DNA of 61,172 nt, filler included. It is 6 parts of 6 records of this genome, joined end to end, with 100 filler letters (N's around TTAATTAATTAA, not from the genome) between each part and the next. Parts side by side here need not be neighbours in the genome. Positions count along the whole stretch, not along the records: positions 1 to 20,694 come from SRR2962707_615; 5 more parts are not named here. One strand, given 5' to 3'. The notes beneath the pieces were generated by a model. The model did not search any database and was not told the origin of the DNA. It was given only the letters and a program-made list of their open reading frames with translations. Positions 1 to 12,600 of the stretch are shown here, piece by piece. Position 1 is the stretch's first letter. Each line of letters starts with the position of its first letter. A program made the translations under genes and the position numbers.

Positions 1-41
1 TGTGTGTGTCTGTGTGTGTCTGTGTGTGTGAGAAAGAGAGA
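1..41. repeat. (TG)n/(GA)n microsatellite at contig start
   Basis: TGTGTGTGTC repeats followed by GAGA, directly upstream of the SDHAF1 start codon. Confidence 0.9.
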
Positions 42-68
42 GTTGTTGTCTCAAACTGAGCAGCGATC

Positions 69-380
69 ATGCTCTTGCGGCGTTTGTGGTCGACTCGCCT
101 GCTGAGCAGCAGCAGCAGCAGCAGTGGGCGTCGCGCTGCTCACCAGGAGGTTCGCCGAAAGTCAGGGGTTCAGAAAGAGGTGCTGGCGCTGTATCGAGAG
201 CTGCTGAGAGCCGCTCGCCACAAAGACTCCAAAACAGTTGCGTTGGTCCGCGATAAATTCCGCAAGGAAGCGACCTCCATCGGTCGGTTCGAGTTTCAGA
301 AGATCGAGCACCATATTCGAAAGGGCAACAAGTACGTGAAGTTGTTGCAGTCGGACTCTGTCAAAGGTCTTTCGGCATGA
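69..380 (+). CDS. SDHAF1: LYR-motif protein, succinate dehydrogenase assembly factor 1 (SDHAF1/Sdh6)-like, mitochondrial
   Basis: SGVQKEVLALYRELLR ... F ... FQKIEHHIRKG matches the Sdh6/SDHAF1 pattern (SGLQKEVLxLYR ... DFxxIEHLLRxG). The N-terminus is Arg/Leu/Ser-rich without acidic residues, like a mitochondrial presequence. No introns. Confidence 0.85.
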   Translation: MLLRRLWSTRLLSSSSSSSGRRAAHQEVRRKSGVQKEVLALYRELLRAARHKDSKTVALVRDKFRKEATSIGRFEFQKIEHHIRKGNKYVKLLQSDSVKGLSA

Positions 381-648
381 CGGTTGTTGCGGGACATCGG
401 TTTTGGAGGGGAAGGAGGGCGCGATTTGGGGCCGCAACACTTCTGCAGTCATCGCCCTTGAATTATTGAACTGGACGGCGGATATTTATTCTCAGCGAGC
501 GCCCTCCCGTGCCCTCGGGCGCGTTGGACGTCAGGCCCGCTGCAGGCGGCGCTTTATTGTAGCTTTTTTAGTTTTCGTTTGCATTTTTATTTCAACAATT
601 ATTGTAAACCTGAATCACTCCGCGTCTGACGCTGACGACCCGCACGTT

Positions 649-3600
649 TCACTCGAAAATGAACGGGTTTACGAGCTCCAGTTGGCGGTTAATGTGCTTT
701 GCCATTACGTTGACGCGTTCCACAGAGCGGCACACAACAGGCTGACGAAGAAGGGAAAACCCTTCGGACAAACCTTCATCAACGCGCCCAGTACGCGTTG
801 CTGGCAAATATACGACATTAAAAATGGGTAAGGGCCCGACGGCTTCGGGGTCTGTGCCACTGCTGCCGCTGATCGGATCATTCATAATATCCGCAGTATC
901 TGCAATGACCGAGTCATCCTCGTTGGGAACATCGACACGAACTATGTCGAACAAAGGAATCTCCCATTCGATGATCCAGTCATCGCTTGATTGCACTGCC
1001 GATATGGCAGCTGGGGTTGACCTTCGCTCCACTTCTTCTTCCAACGACAATCGCTCATTCACGCGTCGATGCCGCACGCAAAGCAACCGGCGATTAGTGA
1101 GTAACACAATTTGTTGGCAGAACAGGGATGCTGCACGGGCGCTTCCAGAATTCAACCCCGCGGTCGTGGTGTGGCTTTTGATGCCAGTGGGTGGGCATTG
1201 TTCATGTGCAACAAACTCATCACTACCACGGAGTCGACCACCATCCAACCTTGCCAACAACTGTGGACCGTTGGCCTCGCCATTGACGTATGGCCGCAGC
1301 AGCGTTCCTGGTGTCGGGAAGAAGCGCGGCTGCCTCACACGTTGATCTCCCCGCCGAGGAGATTCATGCGGCATCATGGACATGAGATCAGCATTCTCCA
1401 TATGGCGACGTCCATGGGACACCAGCTGACGGGGAAACTTTTCACTGCTTCCGTCGGCAGTAGCTTGCGCTTGAAGCAATGAACTATCGTCGCTAATGGC
1501 ATCCATGTTGTCACTGAGCGTGGTAAAACCAGAGGCGGAAGATGCCCAGTGATGGTGGACATCCACGATTCGATTCATGATCCAATTGCACGATGTAGCG
1601 CTAACTTTGACAACGCAGCCAAGAACACTGCCGCAAGCTCCAAGTACGAAGCCTGTGGAAAGTGTCACAGGTGACAGGACCGTTCTCACCAGAGTGCCAC
1701 CTCGCGGACGGAGCCACCACCGCAAAGCGTTTATGAACGGGAAGCTGAGGATGTCTCCAGCAGACAAAGTGTACCTGTCACCAACATGGCCCATCAATAT
1801 TAAGCTACGAACTTCGAGAAAGACAACCAGACTTCGTGAAAGCGCCGCGTGTCAACGTAGCAAAAGATCCGAGGGTACCTGCTGGGAACTGACACCCCCC
1901 GTCGTTCGTTGTCGCGGCGACGACGTGCCTGGGACAAAAGGTGAAATGGGCGTAATACCAGTGGCCAACTTCCCACATCTCGATCCTCCGCTGTGACTTT
2001 AAGCCAATGCTCCGTTGCATAGCAAGTCGCCCGAATCCCATTGAGAACACGTACGGTTCCTGTCAAGACGTTGAGGCAAGTGTCAGATGAGGGGCACCGA
2101 TACGCGAATGAACAGCCACTCAAACCGTTGATGGAAAAAGGCGCAGTACCTGCGGCAAGTTGGTGTCCACGGCTACGTCCATATGGATCCGAAAACAACG
2201 TGCTTGCCGCCCTAGCAGCTGCCCGGACCCGCGTGTACAATCGCCGTGGCATGAAGAACGAAGACAGCGCAGCACGAGCGGCCATTCCAATCACAGACGG
2301 CATTTTCCGTGCTCGACGCTGTTGAAGTAGAACGCCTGCAAAGTGTACCTCAAAATGGTCCCAACCAAAAAAACGAAGTGGGAAAAATTCGAGAATTGGA
2401 AGTAGCTCCGCCACCCATACCGACTCTACCTGGGCAACAGAGCCGACGTTCGACACCGACACATCAACGAAGAATGGGGAAACCCGATATTGCTCCAAAA
2501 ATACTTCTGTCGAAGGCTCCACTCCGCCGTCAGTGTGGCCGCGGGCAACATCGTTGTCGGCTGCACTTTTTGCAGAATCGACCAACTGCGTTCGCCGGGG
2601 CGACGCAAATGAAGGAGCTGCCGTCAATGAATCGCTTCCAGACTTTTCTGTATGAAGGTCCGAGAATGAAAGCGCATCGTCGTCATCGTCAGCTGCAAAT
2701 CGACGACGTCTATTCCAGCGTTGACGTCGTCGGCGGCGACGTGCTTCTTCCAGGTCCGCCTGATCAGATACACCGCGAACGCTAATCAAATAAACTATAA
2801 ATGTTCCCAGGAAAACAGCACTAATGCAACAGCCCGAACCTCAAGCCCCCCAAATTGACAGGCTTCGAATTACTCACCGCAGAAACGCTGCTGTCTGCCC
2901 GTTCCAGTGCATTCCGAAAGCGTGGAGCAACGTCGAGCAACAATACGCGCCATAGTTCGAAGTCGACTTGCAGAGCCAAGGATTCCAACCGAGCATCGAG
3001 AGATAGAACTATCAAATTGCACCACACACCAAAAATCATCCCAGCAAAGTATATAAAACACATCCCACTCATGAAAACCGCACACAAAACGCAATTATCC
3101 ACGCAAGCCAGTGCAACACGTCAAAAAGTGCAGACCGTGAGATACATGAGGTTGTCTCAGATCTTTATCGAGCAGGAACTCAACAACCCGCCTTTCGCCT
3201 CGAGCCGCGGAGCCCATGGCTGCGAGTGACACGAGTGCAGTCGCGTTCGCTTTCGCTCGACCAGGCGCAGTTGTGTTCTCAATGGATGCAACAGAGTCCA
3301 CAAACGCATCCCTAAATGGGATGAGGGCTTTGCGTTGTTGTAAACCCTGCTTCTTCGGCAGCGGGGCAAGCGTACCCACTTGATGTTTTACAGGACGTCC
3401 CTTGTGTATGTCTTTTGGAGGAGGAAGAACAATATTTGAACGAACCCTCCACAAAGGCTGGAGCACTACAGGGCAGCCATGTGTAGCCAACAACTGGTTG
3501 TCGACTTGAATTGACTGAACTGCCAAAGCAATAGAAGATCGCAGCCCTGGTGCCACTCGGCCAGCAAATCGCGCATCGTGCGCCCAGACACAGAGGACCT

Positions 3601-6600
3601 CGCGCCGGCGGTGCCCAACAACTCCGACCAAGGAGATGCACATGACTGGAAGAGAAAGATCCACCTCCAACTTTTCAACACGCTCGAGTTGTTGACGGAC
3701 TGCTTCTGAGGTCCAGTGTGAGACAGCTTCATGCGCAGCGACTCTATCGTCAGAGGCCGAGTCGGTTGAAGGTGAAAGCGATGACGGCATCATGGGAGTT
3801 GATGCCAGCGAACTATCTGTGGTGCTCCAATGCGGTCGAGATGCTGGTTCATCTGTACTTCGCAGGTCATTTCCGCTACTCTTACGCTTTAGCGCAGTCC
3901 CCTGATTGAGTTCCAATGATTTTTCCAGCTTTGTTCGATAGTCTGCTTCTGCTCGTTCACGGTCACGACGTGCGTGCACTTCTGCTTCATCTCGAATGCG
4001 AAGAACTCGCACCCCGGCTTGATCGTCGTCGTAAGCATCGACCAAGAATCGATACTGCTTCGGCGCAGTCCCAAATCCAAGCGCACCAACCAGCGTCCTC
4101 GGCCCAACATGGACGGTGGAAACATCAAATACCTGCACACCACCACCCTTGCCGCTCGAATCATCCTTCAGAGAGTAAGTTCCCATCCGGTACGTATTTT
4201 TTGTTTGCAACCAAGCGCGAGCACTGCGCATGTCACTCCCATTTTTCGCGCCATCCGTATCATTACCATCGGTGCTAGACGCATGATGGTCTTCGTCAAC
4301 CAAGGGTGCTCCAAGAATGTCTACCACCAGCACTGGCGGCATGGCTGGTTCATCGGGAGCGTACGCGAAGCTCGAATAAGGCCTCACAATATCCGGCGCG
4401 ATATTGGTGCCAAACAAGCAATCTAGCTCGTTGGCTCCGCTTGCCGAGTCTGTTCTCGTCCCAGGAGAGCTCTCGGGCGACTGGCGCATTCGCTGGCGGC
4501 GGGCCATGGCAGCAGCTTTATTGATGACGGTAAAATTTGGCAGCCAAGATATCGATGCTTCGGTTGCAGCATCGCGTTGGCGGATCACCAGGGTCGTGGA
4601 AGTCTTGTTTTCAATTCGGAAAGGCAGCGGTCGTGCGGTGCGAATTGACTTTGGTTCGCTCCCTGCTGCAGGTGTGCTACCACCTGTCGAGTTGTTAATC
4701 ATTGATCCTTCTCCAAGCAGGCGGGGAGTCGATGGAGAGTCCAAGTCGCCAGTCTTGGAAGGAGCCAGTGTCGACGGGCTGTCAGTCAAGGAGTTGGACA
4801 TTAAAATCGAAGGTGAATTTTCCTCCGGGCGCAGCACAACAGCGACGGCTGCTCCTCGGACAACCACGGTCAATTGAGCGACATAGGTCTGGTTGCGCGC
4901 GGCATGATGTAGCCGCAAAAACACCACATACGGCTCTGCCACTTCTGGGATCGTTTGAGGTGCGAGGCCAGCAGTTTGGTGACCGACGGGGTCCTTTCCA
5001 CTTAAAGCTGTGGAAGTCGAACTTGTCAGGGCAGCAGCAGCTGCAGCCTTGGACTCAGCGGCCGTGACAGCTTCAGCGAGGGCTACACCTCCACTCCATG
5101 CCCAACCAGGTTCATCAAAGGTGCACTGGAACAACCGTGGTCCGTCCCGGTCAAACCAGTGGAAAGGGGCACGTGCACCAGGCTCGATGAGCAGGAGTTG
5201 CTCGACCATCACTTCTCTTGGAGAATCTACTGTTTCATTCCCTTCAAACTCGGTTCCACGAACATCACTGGTGTTATCGACATGTCGCACTCTAGTATCA
5301 CTGCTGCCAGGGTCAGAAGTCCCCATTGCCTGCATTGATGCTGCAGCTTCTGCCCCAGCAGCAGCCGGCGGTCGATCCAATTGTGTCGCGGCACGGTTTG
5401 CAGCTCCCACTTGTTGTGCCCGTATCGCTACGGGAAGCTCGTTTATAATAGTATAACGTGGCACTATCACCACCTCTCGCGTGAACCGACCCCCTGGGTT
5501 TGTCGCATCATTGCCCCGATAGCCGCAAACTTCCACCCCAAGTACGACTTCTGAGAGCGCAGCCACTGCGCTGTGTCCTTTGCTTGTAGATGCAGCGTTC
5601 GTTGGTGACTTCTCGCTGGCCTTTGGACTCGTGGATTGTTCCTCGTTCTTATTCTGGGGCGTGCGAAACTGAGTTTCTGCTGCCAAATCGGCATTGCTGA
5701 AGGTCGGTACGCTATTGCGACCTTCGACAACAAGCACCGAGTGGTATAATACAGGGACTTCATGGGTCCGAGGCGTGGCCAACGAGATATCACGGCGACA
5801 CCACAACAAGCTACTTGGTTCGTCGGTCACAATACCAGGGCCAACGACGCATAGGCGAATGCTTTGGCTTTGACCAGGATCAGCATATCCGAGCATCACC
5901 ACTTCATCAGCTTTTTGTTTGCAATCATCTGACGCTTGTGCCTCTTCATTTGCTGCCACGACAGCAAACAAATCCACAGTTTTATGTGGCCCTTCGGTCA
6001 AGTCTGCACCGTGAGGATCTTCGTCATCCATTGGCGGCACCGACCCAGTACCTGCGCTGGACTCGACTGGCCCGTTCGTTTGTTTTGGTCCTGTCAGCCG
6101 AAGCGTGTTTCCTTGCCCGGCAGCAATTTTATTTGACATGCCACCACAACGAACAAGCAACGGTAGCCCTGTTTTGTTCCGTACAATGTACGGAACATAC
6201 AGTGCGATACTGAGCGCGCCACTGCGACATGCTCGAACTCGTGCAACTGCCGAGAGGTCAAGACCATGCTCATCGAGCAGACGAACCGGAAGTGCAAAGG
6301 ACAACGGAAGTGAGCTCAAGGGCTTCTCTTCAAGATGCACAGGTGCGCTCCAGCCAAAACCCGGGCACCGAATGCAGAAAGAGAGATCCAACGTTGATGT
6401 TGTGTGGATGTGAGTTTCCCCCCTGGCAATAATAACAGGTTTAGACGCGAACTGTGCGCTGAGCGTTTGGTCAACATCAGATTCCTGCTTGACATCTATT
6501 GTGTCATCTGCCAAGGTTGAAATCTCTTTGCTATTTTTGCTATTGGTTGCAAGTTGCGTGATTTCGGCCAACTCTTGCCCCTTGCCAACGGCCAACAAAC

Positions 6601-9600
6601 AATTGCCAGCCAAACAATTTTTTATTGTCAGGACAGGTTCGAAACTGCAGATTCGAATTTGATGCTGCGGAGTCTTCGAACCTGCTGCTGGGTCTTCGGT
6701 GAAGTCGCTGTACTGTGGCGACAAGAAAAAGTCGTCATTTTCATCATCGTCGTCGGATACGTCAGGCTGCACTGGGTCTTCTTGATGCATATAAAATCTG
6801 CAAAAAACTGTGTCAGCGTCACCTACTCCCCGAATTCCATTTTCAGAGCAACCTCGTGCCAGCTTCAGTGTGGACCACAGCTCGGGGGTATCTCTAATTT
6901 CGATACAAACCCCTTTTGACCCAGCCAATTTGAGATGTGAATGATTCATTCCTTCCTGAAGCCCGGAGCCTTCTGCAATTTCCGGATGAGAAACATGGTG
7001 CTGGTTGCCGTCACCCCGAGTTTCACCAGTCAAACTTCTTTGCGAAAATAGAACCTCGAGCACGATTAAGTGCGTTGCTTCACGCGCTACATCGACCGCG
7101 ATGGACTTTTCCTGGCCTGGCATTAGAACAAGTTCATCTAGGATCGAGTCGATCGCGTGAAACGAAGCAACATCTGCCCACTTTTTTCCATTGGTGTTCG
7201 TTTTCACTGCAGACTTGATTGGGGAAGAATTGTCAGAAAAATTGCTTCGCGAAGAAAATGCAACGCTGTTGCCGAGCAGCACACGGAGAGCACAATCCAT
7301 GTCGTTGCGCAGCCTAAGAGGTGAAGTCTCTGCTGCAATGACTGCGGCAGCCTGACGTCGCTGCTCGTCGAGAACGCGCCGAGCTGAGGCAGTTGCAACG
7401 GAAGTCAGTGGGTTGGAAGGTAAGAAAACAGCTTCAGATGAGTTGGCACGATCAAGGTTGCGCTGGCGAGCTTCATATATCTTCAAAAAGCGCCCCAAAT
7501 TTTCTGCAAGGGCCTCCGTGACATTGACATTAACTTGTGCATGGCGATCAACAGCAACAGCCACACTGAGTTGTGTGCCCTCAACGCGCCCTGGCCATGG
7601 ATTTGAAGTTGATATTGCACTGTCAGCGGTGCCCATCGGGCAAGAGTGTGGCTTAGGAAAGAGAAATTTGCGGGGTACCCCAGGGTTGGTGAACCACTGC
7701 TCCCAGACGCTTGCAGGACTAGGTTCTGGTTTCACATAAACGGTGTACGTGGCACCAACGCTCATGTGAAAAGGCTCTACCACAGGTTCCCACCCTGTTG
7801 CCGCCGACAACTCAGCTGCAAATGGGTAAGCGCTTGATTGTGAGCCAGTCGTCTTCCTACCGCCTTTGGCATTGCTCGTTCTAGACGCCCAAGCACTACT
7901 GGGAGGTGGATTTCCTTTGTGATGGTGTGCTGCTTCCCATTGTGCGCGAAGGTTTCGACTATAGACGCTCAAACTAAATGATGTCTCTAACGCAATATCT
8001 CCGAGGTCACTGGAAGCAAGGCAAGGAGAGTCGCTTTCAACATCAACGTTCACTCCGATGGCGATTTCAGGCTCAGAAGTTTTCCGATAACCATGTCGTA
8101 GAGGTTGCGTTAGGACGTCAACGGCAAGGTCTCGAATTTCCACAAGCGCCATTGCAGTGCTTTCACGACGAACATCGTAAACCAAAAACATTCTCGCGGT
8201 GTTCAGCCTCCCTTCAACATCGAATCGGCATTGCAAAAAGGGCGGAACTGCGGCAGTCGACGCATACAGACCAGTCGATTGCCCTGAAACATTTTGTTCT
8301 GACATTGGGTCACCCCGCGCTTTTGGCTCAACTCTCGGAACGGTTGAAGTTGTCTGCCCTGAAAAAGCTGAGGATCCAACCATTCTACTTTGTCCACGAC
8401 TAGCAGCATTGAGACGTTGTTGGGTCAAGGTTTGCATTTTCAATTGTTGGCTCAAAGCTTCGAGCTTGTAGTTGGCATCCGCTGCCATATTGACCACTGC
8501 GTCCACCACCTACATGGACGTGCAGGTCCAAACGATCATAATGACACGGTTGGCGGTTGTGAGTAACAAAACAGTGGTTGAAAAACAACACATACAATAC
8601 GATGCATTCAAAGCGAAGCCAGACGCACGTATGACAACGCGGGAAAAGTGTCCAATGAAACACTGAGTTGCAACACCGGGACATCGAAAGCAATTTTGCA
8701 AAAAGGTTTGCTGCGCTCCTGCATGCGGAGATTGAGAACAGAGCCTTTCTCGAATCGGTGCAAACGCTGCTGGAGCAGAGTATTAACCTGCACCGGAGAC
8801 AGATCGAGAAGCCACAAGTAAACAAGGATAGAAATTCCAACAATACTGGCATGGTAAGTCGTAGAAGTCTGCGGAAAATCTTGTGCAGAAACGTACTGCC
8901 AGGGCTGAATCAACGCCACGAAAGAACTCAACTGCACCACTCAAGTCGAAAGCAGGGACAATGCTAGTGGAGAAGGCATTGGACGCGTATGGCTTCCAGC
9001 GGTCCATGATCCCGAACTGTACACGTTGAGGCCATTGAAACTTGTGAGAACAATGTATGGTAATGTGTTGCAGGCCCTCGAGACTACACTGAGAGCGATG
9101 GCTGCTTGCGCATTGCCTTCAAACGCAAAAACATGCACGAACCTCAAGTGCTAAGCGGCGAAGGTCTACGGACAGCTGCGCGTGGTTGATGCTCTGCACG
9201 CTCATATCAACGTCGTGACCACAAAGTTCAAGTGAAACGGACTCGAAAGACAAGAGTACGGTTGTTGATACAGCAGGCATACCACGCTGCAGTACCACAC
9301 GCTTGACAACCGCTTTTTCAACAGAATCTCCTTTGCTGGCGCCATCTGCCGCGGAACTTTCTGCTGCAGCTGCCGCAGGATTGGAATTGTCCACAAACCA
9401 CAATTTAGAGTCCAACACCTTCAAGCAAGAAAACAAAAACAAATTATGCACGATGAACTAATCCCCAAGGTTTTGATGTGATTAGCGACGATTTGATGCC
9501 ACAAACTCTTTACCTGCAACCGCAGGTCTACTTGATCGAACCAATTTCCGAGACGACTTTGCATGCGATCGTCGTGTGGCAAACCTCGAGGACGACCACG

Positions 9601-12600
9601 GCTTGAGATGTGAGCACTGGGGTCGCCCGCTTCCTCGCCAACAGAATTTGCGGCCGACGTCGTGGTATCGCGAGTTTGCACAGGTTGCTCCCGTGGCTCG
9701 TCCGGCTGGGGAGTTTCGGATGCACTGCCTGCGTTAGTAGGATCATTTTGGGAATCAAAGTCCCCCATACTCCATCGATGTCCTTTTTCAACCAAGAAAA
9801 CCGCGTAGTCGACGAGAGCCTTTTCGCAAAAAGCACAAAAGAAAACCACCAAGCATCGTAGTTCAAAAACAAAAATCATGGTCATAGACACAGAACTCAA
9901 GTAAACGCCCTCATCATGACTACGCATCACGGACCATATACGCTTGGGGTGCGACAATAAGACGTGGCGCATTCAGCTGTAGAACTGCGTCACAAGTTTT
10001 GGTGTCTGAAATACTAACTTCTGCCGAAATGAAGGGAGTTGTTGTTGTGGCAGCTGCAGCAGCTGTCCCAGCAGCTGTCGCAGCAGCTGCGTCGTCACTC
10101 TCTTCGTCTTCATCTTCTTCATCTCCATCGTCCTCATTATCGGAATTTGCAGGAACATCAGTCAAGCGAGATTCTTCAGTCGCGCGGCTGTTTCGTTGTG
10201 GGCCTTCAGTTTGGTCCCGAGCAAGGTCGTCCAGCTCACCCGACAGGAGAGTAAGCCGTGTTGGCATTTGCTGGCCTTCGTCGGCATCCAACCCACCCTG
10301 GTCGGTGGGCAACACGAAGAGTGAAGACGCCCACGAAAGATCATCTTTGCTGCGCAAATAGTCGAACATTATGTTCCCAACTGTCCCTTTGATGGTAATG
10401 TCACTGCTGTTGACCGACGCGCCATCAGTCTCTGACTTGTTTTTGTCACTAAGAAGCGTATCAGCTGCACGTGTGAGGCTAAAATCCAGTGATCGAACAG
10501 CAAACACCGCAATATCGCGGTCCTTCGTTGGTCGATAGTCCCGCGCCGATGACAACGGAGCATCATTGGATGCCGTTGATAGAGGTTTCGTCAAGTGCAG
10601 TACTACCCCTGGAGCAACGCACTGGAAAATGAAAATGGTATCGACCATAGTTGCCTCTGAGTTGGCAGCAGGCGACAGTGGCGACAGTGGTCCCCCGTCG
10701 GAACGGTGCACCGTTTCGTTTTGCTCTGTTGGCAACTTTGCAGGACTTTCATCTGCAAAGTCCAACCGCGAAATATTCGTTCTCCAGGTCGTGTAAAGCA
10801 GCAAAGCCCAATGCTCTGTTAGCTTTACATTTACTTCTGAAACATCCAAGAACGAGTCAGTCGACACAGTTGCGCGAGTCTCTGAGTGAGTAGCGCCAAA
10901 CTCAGATGCACGCGTCAGCGACTTCACGGTGGAGAAGCGAAAACCCACATCAAATGCGGTCGAAAATATATTGTCAATACGTCGAGAGGCTTGGCCTCTC
11001 TGTTGCGCGCGCCGCATTCCAACACCTCGCAACCCACCTAGTCCTGACGTAACCCCAATACCCATGCCCCGATACCGGCGGCTGTTGGAATACGTGTTGC
11101 GGGGCAGCAAAGATTGCTGGCGGAGCTTGTACAATTGAATGGCTGCAACTTGTGCCACGAGGCGCCGTTGCTCTCGGTCCACACGCCTCCATGACTTCGC
11201 GTCCTTGAGCTGTACTTTAAAATGCTTGAAGTTGAAGAATAAACAACAACTGTCGTCTTCGCCACCAAGCGCACCCCCTGAGCCAGCGCTGGTTGCAGGT
11301 CCGTTTGACGTGATTAACGCTGGGATGCGGATCAGAGGGTCGAGCACAGCCAAGTCGTATGAAGATCGAGACGGATGAGTGAACGGATACGCGGTATAAG
11401 AGGAATACAATGCGGCATCTGCCAGGGCGGGGTCAGTTGGATCGACAGCAACGCCCTCATCCTCGTGGTCAGCGTCCGCATCTTCACCCACATCAGCACC
11501 TCCCAGGATCTCTGATTCTGTAGCTTTCGGCTTCCTGCGGTTGACAGTTTCAGTTGAATCTTCCACACTCTGCAGTCGCAATGTCTCCATGATCGCTCCA
11601 TTCGCGAGCGTGTCGACGACCTGACTTAGGAAAGGACCGTCCACGACCAGTTCAATCGGGCGAAGCTCAACCCTACATTGACGTTTAACACAGACTTCAG
11701 TAATTTTTGGAACATGCAAGGGTTCTGTTGTTGAGGCTGCGCTTGTGCTGGCAGTTTTGGCCCCACCCATGGTGGTAGCTCCCACTTGTTTGGATGTTGA
11801 TGCCACGGCTTGCGGTTTGATGTCTTCATGTACCATAAATTCAAACAGTTTCCGTCGCTCCTCTGGGTAGCGCGGTGCCAGCACGACAGCGGATACTTGG
11901 CTGGCAAGGCTACTTGCGAGTCCAGGATTTCGAAAATTCAGCGAGCTACAGCTTGGTCGCAAGTCAAGCACTACCAAGTCGCCAAGACTGGCTGAGACGC
12001 CAAAGGAGTACACATTGTCACGGTAGTGAAGGGATACGTTCGACGCGACTGCTCGAAGGAGTGGGACATGCTGCTTTGTTTGAGATGACGCAGAACGGTG
12101 TAGTCGAGCGGAGTGCTGAATTGTCAATGCAAGCTGGCCAAGTGTAAACATGCAATTCAATACATTTTGGTCCGGCTGTGAAATACATCCGTGAGTAGCC
12201 GTCGGGTTCTTTGCTTGCTTCGTGTCCTGTCCTGGTTGCCCACTGCCAGTCGAGGGTGGAGCGTCCACCAACGGCTGCTGCTCGTTCCAAGAAGAAGCAT
12301 TCTGCTCAACATTTCCTGCAAAATCATTCTGAACATTGGGCGAAAGCCCTTTCCTTTGTGCTCTTGGCGTTGATGCTTGGGATGGAATGCGACTTTTCAA
12401 TCCGCTTTTACTGCTGTTTTCGCTGCGGGCATCAGTTCCAGGTTCGACGGGCTGAATTACTTCCAGCAGAGCACAGAGCGTCTCTTGATTCAAGACTGCC
12501 TCTGCGTCTGCTACCGCTACCTTCAAGTCCAATACTTGACGGTAGGCCTGCCTCTTCTGGCCAAGGGTCGCGCTCATGTCAGCAGTTTTTGAATCAGCTT

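Noticed and set aside
403-831. 142-aa plus-strand ORF with a hydrophobic stretch
   Set aside because: It spans the T-rich shared 3' region and the antisense end of VPS13, with a TTG start; not credible as a gene
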